64,000 nt of DNA from Lingula anatina (taxonomy: Eukaryota > Animalia > Brachiopoda): the NCBI GenBank assembly GCA_051362555.1, contig CM120640.1, positions 1,364,001 through 1,428,000 of the forward strand, written 5' to 3'. The position numbers were made by a program, and so were the translations under genes. Below the pieces are notes generated by a model. The model was not told the origin of the DNA. It saw nothing but the letters and a program-made list of their open reading frames with translations, and ran no database searches. This document shows positions 37,111-50,655 of this stretch, in pieces; within the stretch, counting starts at the first letter, position 1, and each line of letters begins with the position of its first letter.

Positions 37111-37256
37111 GGCTCCGTATCTCGAAAGGTTCGCTATGTTGCGCACGTGCGCAAGTGTCTCGATTCCATAACCGATTCTTTTTCGAGATACGGGGCCATG
37201 GAATCGAGACGCTTGCGCACGTGCGCAACATAGCGAACCTTTCGAGATACGAAGCC
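37111..37256. mobile_element. Short hairpin MITE (Harbinger-like terminus GGCTCCGTATCTCGAAA)
   Basis: Near-perfect inverted arms of about 59 bp, plus an extra internal terminus TTTCGAGATACGGGGCC at about 37181-37197. Confidence 0.65.
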
Positions 37257-39777
37257 TGCACGATTTAATTATGAGTGGTTGTAGCGGGCACCTGGCCACC
37301 GGCAAATACCAAAGAATCGGTCGAATTCACGGCACATTACAAGTTCAGTCCTTTCCTCAAACAATGTTGCCTTTGGCTTTTATCGCCTATCATTTCAATG
37401 TTCACGATTTAGCAAATTTTTGCCAATCTTGATTTGGCTTAAAATAAAAAAAAAATCGTATTTTGAATAAGATAGTGGAAACAAGATATATTCATTTCAA
37501 TTTTTCATTGAGGTTTTTTCCTAGTTGTTCCCTCTTTAGAGTGCAGAACTTGACAGTCCAAAGCCACGCTTCAACTAAATCCCCACCACAGTGATGGTTT
37601 GATGTGCACCCAAACTGTAGTGGCTCTCAGCCGAATGCCACAGATGTATTTAATTAACTAAAAACAATCAGCGTTTTCCATTAATGACCCAAATGCCACT
37701 TCACGCGATAACCCGCTCCATCCAACTGACACGCAGAAAGGCGTCCACGAACGCACCCAAACGCGCGATCACCTGCGGCACCTGGGCAATAGAACAGTTC
37801 TAAAACATATTGTACAACGTAATGACGGCATGGTGTAACACGCCATTGATTAGCCCAGCACGGCCGTGCCACCAACACGATATGCTCGATTAATAATAAA
37901 TCACGGATCTCCCAACACAGAATATCAATGTTAATAAGTGACGGTAACTGAGCATCACCTCAGCAACAGGAACAAGGAACTTGAAGAAAGAATTTTTTAA
38001 AGACTGCCGTTTTCCTGTGAGGCGCACATCAGGCGGGGGTGACGTACTGCGAATCGCTATTGCGGAGAAATAACGCAATGCCGTTCACCGTTCTAACGTA
38101 AGCTTGGCGCGTGGAGTAACGTACCAAGTGATTTTTGCCCTAATCCCCAGGCTCTAACAAAGAACATGAATCATATCCCTGAAGTGAAAGCCTCTAGTGT
38201 CTAGGCAAGGTAGGCCGAAATTAACTTTTTATCTTATTGGGCACATGGGTAATATAAACCAATTGCAATTGGTCTAAAGCACATTAATATGTCATTTTAC
38301 CTTTGATTTACTTTTCGCCTGAATGGTCAGTTTTGGTGTAAAGATTTTCCAATTCGGTCTACAGTAGGCAAAAATATATATGTGGAGAGCAGCACGGTGT
38401 GTTGAGTTCTAGCGTTATGGTTTCAATTGGATGTTTTCCTTGAGTTTTGTTATCCAGTATGGAGGCGAGTACTGCAGGTGCCCGGTAAGTATGGGATACT
38501 ACAGGATGACATGTCTTCAGGAGTATATGACCCCGGGCAGATAGGGTGTTTATGATGTTTATGTGTGGAGCTTAATTATTGGCATTTGTGAAGCAGTTTT
38601 GTGACAAAGGTCTAGACGCAATTATAACCCCTGCTTATGTATTTCTTAAATTTGTATTGAGGGCAAGGGTGCAGCCATTGTACCAAAGAAATCGTGGTTT
38701 TGGATTAATTTAAAACATCATTTTGCTTGAAAATTAACATGTCCGCGAAGTAGGCCCCTGTAAACTACATTAGTTGTAAATAGACGTAGAGAGAAAAGAA
38801 CTTTTGAAATTTTGGTTTAGCGAACGCACTTATCTTTTAAAGTTACAGGTAAAGTTGACGTTTTGGCTTTCAATACTGACAAGAAAGAGAATTATTTGTA
38901 TTGGTAACTTAACCACAAATTGATAGTAAATTTATGAACAGGGAAATGTAACAAATGTATGTTTTTGCTTTATTCCTGTCTAAATACCTGTAGCTTTCAG
39001 AAGTTCTTTTAATGAGATGCTAAAATTTTCATCGAAAGACTGGTTCCTGGGGCATTACAGGGGCACATGTCAACTTCGGACCTTACATAGTGCACTTCTG
39101 CATAAAGTTTTGGTTAGGACTGAATAAGCACGCTTTGACGTTGACGTCTTCTTGGTTTCTAGTGTCCGTATGATAATAACGTTGTTTGAAGTGGGCTCGT
39201 TACACGCCAACACACAATAATGTACATAAGTCACATAAGAGATGTGCAAAAATAAACAGTACCGTCGATGCATAGTATCTGTAGCACGTTAATCACACCT
39301 GTTTTTAAACAGAGGACACGCAAAAATGTATACTGTGTGTAGCCTGCAAGGCGGGCCATGTTTAATGCAATGTAGGCGTGTTGGCGTGAGGGGGGGGGGG
39401 GTGTCCGAATAAAATGGCACCATGGATTGGGGCTACTTATCTGATGCACGTAAACCATCGATTTTCAGTGTCTCGCTCTACTTTAAACTATTTCACATAC
39501 AGTGTATGAAAATCTCCAGGAAGTAGAATATGGTTTATTTGCATGTTCTTAGTGAGTCGGCGTTAGAGTGTACGATGAAAAGCTAAATGTACTGACAGTA
39601 AAAAAATGAAAAACGTTGCTGTTCCTGTAAACGTTCAACTATTATTTTGAATGTGATCAAGAACTAAAATTAATATACGTATATGTTTACAGAGAATGAT
39701 TCAAGGAAAACCGTGCTTTTTAATTTATTCTCCATTGAATGAGACATTTTAAAACCATATTTCCCTACATTTGCAGC

Positions 39778-40962
39778 ATGTCCTATTTCTTGGAGGTGCT
39801 TGGGAAAACCGTCAAGGGATTTCGAAACGACGATGATTTTTTCGATCGCTTAAGCCATCGCTACACCTCCATTTTCCTGATCATTTTTGCTCTGGTGGTC
39901 AGCACGAAACAGTACGTGGGGGACCCCATCTCGTGCTGGACGCCGTCCCATTTTTCTAAAACCCAGGACGATTACACCAACAGTTACTGCTGGATAAAGA
40001 ACACGTATCACAAGCCAATGGACGAGAGGGTACCGGAGAAGTGGGAAGGACGATCCTACATTGGTTATTACCAGTGGGTTCCTATAGTCCTCTTCATACA
40101 GGCTCTAATGTTCTACCTCCCCTGCTTAGTGTGGAGGATCCTTAACAGTAGGGTGGGGATTGACGTAGACGCCATCGTACGCTGCGTCAGCGTTGCGGAA
40201 AACGTCAACCCGGACGCAAGGCGGGTTACTATACGTTACGTGACACGTCACATGGACAGGTATCTATGGTACCACAAACATGACGTCAAAGGGTGTGCCT
40301 CGTTGTGGAGACGCTGCTGCACGTGCTTCTTGTGTGGAAAACGTCATGGGAATTACCTCACTATAGCATATCTAGTCACAAAGTGTTTATACCTGGCTAA
40401 TTCTATAGGACAACTATTTCTACTTAATTCTTTCTTAGGAACTTCGTACTACCTATACGGTATTAATGTGTTATCCGACATGATCCAGGGGCGAGACTGG
40501 TCCCCGTCATCAAACTTCCCACGAGTTACTCTGTGTGACTTTGAAATTCGATTTCTTGGCGGGGTTAGCAATATACACCGCCACACCGTGCAGTGCGTTC
40601 TACCTATCAATTTGTTCAACGAGAAAATCTATATTTTCATCTGGTTCTGGTTGGCATTCGTTACCTTGGCAACCGTCTTTGGGATAGTCACATGGGTACG
40701 ACTTCTTTTCCCAGCTGATCGAAGGAAGTACATCAAAAAATATCTGAAGCTCACGGGACAGATACATTCTAATACAGATTCTGGACTAGTAAAAGTTTTT
40801 GTGTATCAGTACCTCAGGCAAGACGGGGTGTTTATCCTCAAGTTGTTAGCAAGAAATACTAATTATCTCATAGTTGCTGAAATAGTAGAAGAATTATGGG
40901 AAACTCACAGTGAAAAGCAAAGAACACAACTTTCTGCAAGGTCTATAGAGGGAAATGTATAG
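39778..40962 (+). CDS. inx: Innexin (gap-junction/hemichannel protein), 394 aa from ATG 39778; possible upstream coding micro-exon 38459-38484
   Basis: DDDFFDRLS, KQYVGDPISCWTP, YTNSYCW, the signature YYQWVP, FPRVTLCDF, HTVQCVLPINLFNEKIYIFIWFW, YLRQDGVFIL; four TM segments. Acceptor ttgcag lies 1 nt before ATG 39778, so the ORF-track start at 39739 is intronic. Confidence 0.97.
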   Translation: MSYFLEVLGKTVKGFRNDDDFFDRLSHRYTSIFLIIFALVVSTKQYVGDPISCWTPSHFSKTQDDYTNSYCWIKNTYHKPMDERVPEKWEGRSYIGYYQWVPIVLFIQALMFYLPCLVWRILNSRVGIDVDAIVRCVSVAENVNPDARRVTIRYVTRHMDRYLWYHKHDVKGCASLWRRCCTCFLCGKRHGNYLTIAYLVTKCLYLANSIGQLFLLNSFLGTSYYLYGINVLSDMIQGRDWSPSSNFPRVTLCDFEIRFLGGVSNIHRHTVQCVLPINLFNEKIYIFIWFWLAFVTLATVFGIVTWVRLLFPADRRKYIKKYLKLTGQIHSNTDSGLVKVFVYQYLRQDGVFILKLLARNTNYLIVAEIVEELWETHSEKQRTQLSARSIEGNV

Positions 40963-43740
40963 CATATGATAGATAACAAATTCTAAGTGTATAAATATGT
41001 ACATATAAAGAATTTGTTAATGATCCCAACTGACACCGTCTTCGCTATCCAGTTCATGCATCTCTGCTTACCTGAAGTATTTTTCAATTTCTTACTATGC
41101 AACTAAAAAAGTTTTAATGGAAATGACAGAAGTAACGAACGCTCAACGTAGGTAAAATGTCCCAGTGTTGTTTGAACCAAAAAGAAAATAAGTTCTTTCA
41201 TAAAACGACCAAACGTCGATCACTTGAATAAATATCTGATAAACAAGAGAAATCGACACTGCCATTACATGCGAGTCTGGCATCAGAAGAGGGAAAGTAA
41301 CAAATTTATCGGAGAGCCCACTTTGGACGAAAGGGCCTAAAAAGACTAAAATATATTCTTGACTATACGGAGAATATTTGAGATGTCGGCATCACCTTTA
41401 TTTTAGTAAATTAACTTGATTATTAGCTTTCCCAACCGTGATGTCCCTGCCTCTGACGGCTATTATTAAAAAACAAGCGCATTTGCTGACTAAGTTTGAC
41501 TTCGACTGAATGCCTTTTTCTCCCTACGATATAATCAAGTATACAATGCGTGCGAAGTAAAAGAGATACCAGTACAAAGGTTAAGATAAAATCAATAGAT
41601 TCATATTATTAAAAAGTGTTGATTGCGGGTGGATGTACTTTAAAAAATTTACAGACGGGTCCAAAAAAAAAAAAAAAACAGAGACAGACAAGCAGACAGG
41701 CATACTGGCAAAAAGTCAAACAGACGAACAGGCAGACAGGCAGACAGACAGACAGACAGACGAGTAAGTTAAGTGGATGTTAAACGAAATTTATTCCAGG
41801 TACACAGACAGTCAAAAGACTTACAAACGTGCATTCTGAAAATGGATAGTTTTAATTCATTGCAGGAATAAAAGATGCACAAAAAAAGGGCAAGAGAGAA
41901 AAATAGCAGGAAACATCCGCTTAAAAGCAATGTCATGATTGTGAAAGTGCGTGCATCTGCGCCCCATCTCATAGGCCATAGTATCAATAATTAAGCGATA
42001 GTTTTGCTTGGGCAGATCAATATTCTTTCAGATAAAAAGTCACGGTAAATTTGACATAGCTGTTAATCAGCATGGTAATTGATTTATACGCAGCATGGTT
42101 CAAAAGTCAGATAAAAAACAGACGATAAAACATGAAGATAATTTTCAGCCTTCTCACTTAAACAACACTCCATCTCGAACACGAAATCATTGTCTCTTGT
42201 TAATCTTGTCCATTGCTTTAGATGTGCTTTCCAATGTGCCAGGTGTTCTGTGAATGCTATATCTTCTGCAGCTGCCATGTCCCATAGATTGCGTCAGAGA
42301 AGAGGTAGTCGTCGCACGTTCAGGTTTACCTGTTGCAATAGAAATCGTGTATATGAAGAAACAGGGACCGACTGCCTTAGATCTTATAGATTCTACCTTT
42401 TTTCATGACCAAACGTTTTTCATGTTCATTGGACACCTTCACCAACCTTAGGCAACGCCTGGGTGACGTACATGCAGTAAAAACATTTTAATTCAAACGC
42501 CATACAGTATACAGTACACTTCACCATACCCACACCCATTCCCTTTTATAATATTCCCATAATACCAGAGTTAAGCTGTCAGTAAAAGTAGTTTTGAGAA
42601 ATATTTAATAATTACTGGAACAGTATACGGGGGTATTGCTATAAAGTGACGGTTTCTCGCAGGTAGGACTAACGGAAAAACACGGAATTGAAAAGAATCT
42701 GAAAGGTTACAGCAGGGAGGTTTCGTGTTCAACATTAGCAGTTACCAAGTTCAAGATGATAAATATGCGATTAACTTTGATGGTGAGGTGGAAGAGAAAG
42801 GTGGGACACGGTGGGATATCCTTTTGGAATAAAAATTCCTACAAAACATCTTAAAAGTCACGTTTATAGCCCAAAATATTTCAAGACCGAAAGACGGTCC
42901 CAAATGTAAGATCTGGTATAATTTTGGTAAAGATAAATTCGTAGCGCACTTAGATATCGATCTGATACATTTTCAATTTCTTTCTATTTATAATACGGGC
43001 CCCACTGTTTTATCTTCCGTCAAAAAGCTTAAAAATATTGCCTTACAGTTAAGACGAATTTTCGGTCTTTTAAGAGTCTCGGTCTTTTCGAAGTTCTTAT
43101 GTTAAAATATCCCCAGACTTTCGACCTGCTATCAACCCATACCACACTCAAACCGTCATAAACAGTTTGAGTGCCTTTTTATTCAATGAAAATAAATTTC
43201 TGGTACATGTGATTAACTTTACTATCTGGCACTTTAAGGCAAAAACTAATTTGAGGGTAATTAACTTTATCAGAAAGACATCAAAGAAGTGCAATTGTTT
43301 GGATATTGATAGAAATAATAACACACCTAACCGTGAACGAAGAGCAGAAGCTAAACAATACTGAATTTTTATTGCTTTCTACTCTGCAATCCACGTGTTT
43401 CAACTTCACTTGTCTCCATTAACATAAATGACACGACTCCCGCCGTTTTTCACTGTCAGTTTGTTAAGTAATTCGCGTCTTTTACAACAATTAACTTGGA
43501 AAGTACAAAAGCTGGCCCGCAGCAATAAAACCATTCCTCAGTACAGAATAAGAAGGTAGAGGAAAAGTGAATCGGCATTTACCTGAAAGATTTATGCCTG
43601 CCACGGGTAATTAATAACACCTTTACGCCCAAACTAAATCCCTCACAGGTCTCACAGCGCTGATATTTTTACTCGTTCACCAGTTAATGTCAAAGTCGCG
43701 TTCACAACATTACTGGTGTGTTCGATCCGATTTATTTAAA

Positions 43741-43743
<3 letters not shown>

Positions 43744-43790
<47 letters not shown>
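43744..43790. repeat. (GT)n microsatellite
   Basis: Direct reading. Confidence 0.95.
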
Positions 43791-43793
<3 letters not shown>

Positions 43794-44853
43794 GTTTAAG
43801 CATTTGTGTGTGGTTGCGTTCGTTTGTAAAACAGACAGTCACATGATTATTTTAATTGCCGACTTTAACATTTCATTTTATCGATCTCGAATGAATGTAC
43901 GCATTAACAACTTCACGTGTTTTCACCTTAAACAACAGGTGCGTTAAGTGGCTGTTAAGCCCCTCCAACAAAGTTTATATTCTCTTCCACGATATACGGT
44001 AACACCACTCGATATCTTTATCAAAACCCAACACCTTGATAAACTATTGGCTTCATATCTTTCATGGGGCATGTAATTTTCAACGGCATTTAGTCAAGTT
44101 ATGAATGGCTTCATTCATGATTTCTTTTAATTTAAATCACAAGTCGATCTTTAATCCTCAACAAATGGCCAATGGTATCAAAATTGTTTTAGTCATGCTT
44201 TATCATGTCTAAGCGGTTTTCGGTTTATCCTTTAACGCTTAAAATATATATAAATATTTACCGGTTGCTATGATGGTTCAGTTTTTGCAGATTATGTATG
44301 ATTGTAATTCAGGTATGTTTGTTTTCACTGACGAAGCACGACTCCATGCTGCATGTACACGTATTCGGAAGAGATTCAAACCGGACAAAAATTACAAAAA
44401 CAAAATTAGTTCCTAGAGACCTGTCTTCCTAGTATGCAGGGCTGGGATGAGAGAGTAGTCCAGTGAAACTAGCCTGGTACTTTTCCAAACAAATCCATAT
44501 TATATATCTATTTCCCGTTCCTCTCTGCTCTCGTATTTTTGGAGCGTCACCTCCTTGGGGTTTCGTCAGCGTTTCAGATGGCGAGCAGACGATACTGATA
44601 CGGGTATATATAGGTCAAATTGCAACGATGATAATGACGTAACTACAGATATCATCAAAACATCAAGTGGAATCAGAGTCTGACGACGTATCATTTTAAG
44701 AATATACCAAGATCGACCCACTATGAAGATGGCAGATGTCGCCATGATAAACTGACACACCAGGAGTTAATATTTGACAAAAAACAAAGAAGGATTTGTA
44801 AGAGCCTGTCTCTTCCTTATCGGTTTTCAGACAGCAGAGGGGCATGCTGAAAG

Positions 44854-45413
44854 ATGGCTTACATATATGTGAGGTTTCCTTTTCTCCTGTGCAGGCAGGT
44901 TATATACCTATACACGTTGATTGGCGGCTGGTTTCCTCAGCTGTTAGCTAGCGTAGTAACAACACTAAACACACCTGGCAATGGAACGGACTCCACTACA
45001 ACAGGTAAAGTGTGTTTCAATAGATTTTGTGAAGTTTTTAAAATTTTTGTCCACTCCGACTAACACATCGACTGTTTTAACGTACGTATGTACCAGAGAA
45101 CCTGCTCTATGCTCAGTAAGAGTTAAAAAAAAGACAAAGGTGGAACGTGAAAGAAAACTTATCTTATGTCTAACACGACTCTAGATTTAACCTTTGCAGA
45201 TGCAGCTTGCTAATTTTACTTCTTACTCCTATTACCCGACATGCTATGCCAGAATGTAAATCGGAAAAGATTTTCATCAGCTGCGTTATGCACTAAGAAA
45301 AAGCAATGTTTTTTCGGCAAAGTGCCAGTGTTAAAATTGTGGTCTCTACCTCTAACTAAGACCCAAACTTTTCAATATTTGGATGTCTCCCTAGAGCATC
45401 TCCATCAGCTACT

Positions 45414-45452
<39 letters not shown>

Positions 45453-48400
45453 TTGTGTGTGTGTGTTGGGAGGTCGGCCCATGTATTAATTAAAACCCAC
45501 TTCATCAAAGTAATACGATTGAGTAGCCTACATGTACTGTGTCCCCGAGGACGAGTCTTTTGACGACGCCCCTTGCTGCAGGACATACATGTAATGTACA
45601 TACATACATACAGCTACACTGTATAGATAGGTGTCTCGCTGAAGTTATGTACGGTGTCTAGGCATCTTTATGATGAGGATCCATCTAGCAATTGATTGTA
45701 AAGAAGTTATGTTAAGTTGGTCGTGCCTCGCTTCTCGTTGTGGACTAAAGAAAACCCCGACAGTTCGGACAAAGAGCAGAGCTCAAATCAAAAAGTAAAA
45801 GGATGGGGGTTGGTTGCTTTTTGGTCAACAAGTGACCCCCCACTGGCCGCAAGTCCAAAAGAAAAAAATGTTTCGCCCTTGTGATAATGGTAGCTCAAAC
45901 AAGATGGCGCTCCTTTGGGGAAGTAAGCCTTTCTTGGAATATAGACAGGTGCCAGGCTTGTGTTCAACTGAATGATTCAACAAAGGTTTCTCAGCGCTAC
46001 TGACTGTGGTGATGTCAGATATAACTAAAGAAAAAAAAAACACCTCGTTTTCATGTTCTCATAGGTAGTGTAGATGAGGCGACAAAAGTCGTTTTTTGAT
46101 CTCCCCCCCCCCTCCTTACTCTGAGTAAGGTTGAATTAGATTTCTTCAAAAACGGTACATGAAGAGCTATATACAGCACCATTGTCCTTTTTTTTTTTTT
46201 TTTTTTTTTTTTTGAGTGGCAGTTGTGACGGCGTATAACGGGTTATGAAGGCTTGTCATTACTGATTTAATTTTTTTCAGACCTCACAATAATCTGAATA
46301 TTATCTACAGTAGGTTTATAATTCAGCCATTTTGTTCTAATTCAGCGACCCCAGTTGTAAATTGGTTATGCTGTACATGTCCGGTTCACTGTGGAAAATG
46401 TCTTCTTGGTTGAAAATAGAAGAAAAACATTTTTTATTGTTGTTAAAAGAAGCCAATGCTGGGCACTGCACATGTATTGTGTTGGCAAGCATCCGCTTTT
46501 TGATCATGACGCGTGATTCGGTTCTATACCCATGGGCGGACCCAGAGATATTTTTTGACAGTCTTTTAAATGACATTTTTTTGATATATCCTTCATTTTT
46601 TGACCGTCTTAAAATTGAGAAATTCTGACCGTCTTCCGGAAGACCCAGAAGACGGCCTCCATCTGCCTCTGTATACCCCCTCCATCTTCCCATGCTGAGT
46701 TCCATACAACCCAGAGCATTCATAATTCACTATGCTTTATGATATATGAGAGTTTTGTCCTCCTATACATCTTCTTGGTCGCTATCAGAATGTTGGTACA
46801 GGTTAACTGAAGAGGTTATCTATACCTGATAGCAGCAAACAGTGAGGACTCTGTCCCGTAACCTTGGGATGATAAGATTACACAGAAAAAAAGCGTGGCG
46901 GCAGCAATGTGGAACCAACGACCTAGATGGGTCACCATGGACAACGGACACTGGACACATAGGGCTCATTCCGGATGAAACTCCGCGGGGACTCTAGCTG
47001 AATGCAATCAGATTAACAGACTAAGACGCCTCCTCTCGTTTTCCAACGAAATCATACATGTATAATCACCAGCTTTTCTGTATTGTACTCAACGCCAGGA
47101 GGCGTGTTGAACTCCTCATGTGGTTGCATTCAGCGAGAGTCCCCGCGTAATTGGATCGATCTACGTAAAACGATAGCTTTATTAGGAATGAGCCTATAAG
47201 TTCACTGTTGATCAAACTCGTTTGAAATTCCTCCAGATTTATCCTGATGATAAGGACTGGTCCTGTAGGACTGATCGTGAACCACCTAGAAGTGGATAGA
47301 GAACTCTGTCACCGTTAACCCTCTGCCGGCGGGTCCGCTACGACTAAGATCTATACACAGTTGACCCCATGGTTGCCAAATATACGAATTTAATTTGTAG
47401 TAATCCTCAAATAGTTGTGTTCTGTTTTTGTTAAGAACCTGTTAAATAATATATTTTATCATCCTTGGTACCATAATTTTGGCAACCCTGCCACATGCAA
47501 TATCATGGTAGACACTGACATGTTTTTCTCAGCCTCTACTCCTACGCTCGTGAGCTCCCTCCGGTATCTTGACGCCACGGCGATCACATTCCTCTCGCTT
47601 GTGAAGTTCCACGAACTTGATTTTTTGCCAGACTTTCAGCAGAAATGTTTCCTTCACATTCCAAGCGATGATAGCTGTACCACCAACTGCAGCAAACATT
47701 TAAATGTTCTCCGGAAAAAATAAGATGCTAGGGAGCTGTGCACTCGGGACACCTCCGATCCTCAGCCATCTGGATGTTTGGCGATGCAATTCAGACCGAT
47801 TACCGGTCTTGAATTGCACTTGTCCGAACGCAGCTCCTACATATACGCGACTACGTTCAGTGTTTAAATATAACCCGTTTCAGATCCAGAAGGAAAACGG
47901 ACTGTAAACGACTCCATGCACCATATAAAGTGGTCATCCCTAAGACTGGGTTCCCATGCCTAGATCGATCTAACAGGATCGATCCATCTCCAAAGGGTTT
48001 TTCGCTAAATTTCTTTCGGCTTAAGAGGCTTAGATGTCTGACGCGCCTGCTGAAGCTGCTAAACGATAATTAATTACCCCCTAGCAGCTTCAGTAGGCGT
48101 GGCAAACATCTAAGCCGCTTAGTTGATAGCAATTTAGCGAGAATCTCCTTGGAAATAGATCGATCCAAAGTTAGTTCGATAGGTCTGGGAATGGTCCCTA
48201 AACGTCCTCTGCTGCTAACATAAACTTGAGACGAGAAGCCTTTATATGGAATATAAAGAGTGTTTATTACATCTGCTTTGGTATTTTACAGATCCTGATG
48301 CCTCCTTGCTCAACACAGTTACAAGATTATCCTCGACAAAGTCAACAGACTCTATATCCAGTAATTCCGTGAGTTTAGACAATGGAGCCCAAATGAAAGA

Positions 48401-48668
48401 CAATGGACCGTGGTCCCTCAACCCGACGCAAATCACACTGATTGCGATAGGAGTGACATTCTTCATTGTGATTCTGGTTGTGATGGGCAGTCTGTTCACA
48501 CACTGGCAGAGAAGACGGAACGCCCACCGTATCCGACACTGTGATCAGCCAAAGGTATTCGCTCCTAGAAAACGTCGACACCAACGGCCGTCACCTCCTG
48601 GGCCTCCACGGAGAGCGCGACCGGCGAGCACTGCCTCTGCTGCGGCGAGCACTGCCTCTGCTTCCTGA
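44854..48668 (+). CDS. Putative small type-I single-pass membrane protein (about 175 aa): Ser/Thr-rich ectodomain, TM helix, basic/Pro-rich tail
   Basis: Exon 44854-45004 (ACAG|GTAAAG, phase 1) joins 48292-48668 (ttttacag|AT, phase 1) in frame. TM ITLIAIGVTFFIVILVVMGSLF is followed by stop-transfer WQRRR. The last exon is well supported; the first exon and any internal exons are less certain. Confidence 0.6.
45415..45465. repeat. (GT)n microsatellite
   Basis: Direct reading. Confidence 0.95.
46531..46671. mobile_element. Short MITE (CA(G/T)GGGCGGA..CCGCCCCTG family); related copy at 53205-53345
   Basis: TATACC direct repeat on both sides; shares GATATTTT.TGACAGTCTT and TTTTGACCGTCTT with 53205-53345. 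Confidence 0.65.
46962..47195. mobile_element. MITE with 3-bp ATA TSD
   Basis: TIRs GGGCTCATTCC / GGAATGAGCCT plus internal inverted arm CGCGGGGACTCT.GCTGAATGCAA. Confidence 0.65.
47944..48198. mobile_element. Foldback MITE with TAA TSD (Harbinger-like); truncated second copy at 50271-50448
   Basis: The whole element is an imperfect palindrome centred near 48070, with TAA on both sides. Confidence 0.75.
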
Positions 48669-50270
48669 GGGAATGAACTGTGATTTTTCCATTGTGTACA
48701 AAGGACTGGCCTTAATTTAATTTTTTTTATCATTTCTAAGTTGTATTAAAATCATTTCGCTTTTAACATGTAAATGTATAGTGCTCTCAACCGTTTCAAA
48801 AGAGTAAAAGTTTTGGTTTTAGTGCCTGATTTCATGAGTTTGTTTCCCTGATGACACTGTTCAAATAAGCCCTAACAGAATACTATATTGATAAATGTGT
48901 CAGATGTTGGCGCTTTGTGCCATGCTTATGAATCAGTTATATGAAACAAGAGTTGTATGTAATTTATCAATCATTTTTGAAGACAAGGGTGATGAAATAT
49001 ATATTGATGGTGCTTTTCATACTTTTCGCCTCCCCAGTTGGGATACATTTATTTTCTATTTGCGACTATTTTGCCCCTCCGTACCCTAGTTTGAGTCTCT
49101 TCTTTTTAACGACTCCACTATCATATTTAAATGCGTTTTTAGGTCACTTCTTTAATTCAAACCCCGTTTAATCTTGATTATAAAATATCATTTCTATGGT
49201 ATAACTACATGTAAATAAATTTGCAAAATAGTGATTGGAATATTCTTGAATGTACTTCACAGGTCAAAATGCGTGTTGCGATCATTTTGAGGAGGTTGTG
49301 TGCAGTTATCGAATTTACTGTTCAACTCGAAACCACAGATGTACTGTAGGCGAAGAAAGTGCTTTTTATTTTGCAATTTAAAGTCAATTTTTCTCTCTTC
49401 ACAACCTGGCATCTAATTGTCTGTAACGTGACAAATTTCGCTTTAGGATGAAAATTGACGAGGTTTTCACATAAGATTAGTAGCTTTTAAAACTACCAAC
49501 TTTTATCAACGTGCGTTTTCATGACGTGGCCATTCCTAAGAATGACATGTTTTAGCATATTTTAAGTCACGCAGATGAACTGTGAATGTCCTTTTAACCT
49601 AATGCATTTAAATGAATAGCATGCCAAGTCACTCCACATTACGTAACATTGTAACAGACTAACAGCTGTCACGTTTTCTACTATGTTATTCGTCTTTTGT
49701 TTTTCGTATCACAAACTGTAGTAAAGAAAATGGCAAGAAAAATGGCAGTGGAATGAATTTCGACCCCGCTTTCATACCTTTGTCCCCGAACCCTCAATGC
49801 CCAACAGTTACTGCATCATTTTTATCTATCTTAATAACTGAAATAACATGAATATGCGTTTTCCAAATCAATTTATTTCTTTTTTCATTTCGGTCAATCC
49901 CAACGACGTTCATCACCTAACAATCCTAACAAGCCCCTCTCTCTTATCTCCAGGTTTTCATGTTTTCATGCTGTAACTCAAGCTGTCTGACTATTACGTC
50001 AGACTTAAACAGCAAATACTGAAAGACCTTTACATCGGGATTGAAAAACAATTAAGCAGGCGGAGGACTCTGGTTACTATTCAGCTTAACATATAAAATA
50101 CACACGTAAAGTCGAGGTACCCAAGGACAGGACACCTTAAAATAACCAGGTCGCGATAAGTAGAAAAATGAAGTTATCTTCTTCATCATGAGGTAAATTT
50201 CTAGTGAAGTTGTAGCGGCCTCATTTACCTCGGCAGACTGTATGATTACACCGGGAAACTATATGTCTAA

Positions 50271-50448
50271 GACCTCATTCCCATACCTAGATCGCACTAG
50301 AGGGATCGGTCCATCTCCGACGGGATTCTCGCTAAATTGCACTCAGCTTAAATGGCTTAGAAGTCTGGCACGCCTAGTGAAGCTGCTAAATGACAGATAA
50401 TTACCCCCTAACAGCTTCAGTAGACGTGCTAGATATCAGAGCTGCTTA
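50271..50448. mobile_element. Truncated copy of the 47944-48198 MITE
   Basis: Colinear similarity (TTCCCAT.CCTAGATCG..CCATCTCC..TCGCTAAATT..GAAGCTGCTAAA..ATTACCCCCTA.CAGCTTCAGTAG). Confidence 0.7.
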
Positions 50449-50655
50449 TGTATATATAATAGTAATCTGAGTAGAACCTTTCTCAATAGTCCAAGAGTTA
50501 AGTGAAAAATTGTGCATTTTTTACCTTCAAGCATGAAGTTTGGCACAGTTGTGGACAATGAAATTCTAAGCAAATATGGATATATGGGCATGTCTCAAAA
50601 TTCCAAAATGGCCTCAAAATCCAAGATGGCCGCCAAAAATACCCTTTCAAATTAA

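Noticed and set aside
39739-39777. ORF-track start of the innexin (MRHFKTIFPYICS)
   Set aside because: Runs through a polypyrimidine tract and AG acceptor; intronic.
11769-40962. Functional linkage between the matrix-protein cluster and the neighbouring innexin or GTPase
   Set aside because: Adjacency alone is not evidence of co-function in an animal genome.
42084-42329. Minus-strand protein-like ORF and acceptor (MAAAEDIAF.. / GKPERATT..)
   Set aside because: No recognisable motif and no partner exons found.
47533-47907. Possible internal exon of the membrane-protein gene (good acceptor, phase-compatible, Cys-containing)
   Set aside because: In-frame TAA at 47721-47723 and no convincing phase-1 donor. 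It could be an alternative terminal exon or a pseudo-exon, but I cannot support that.
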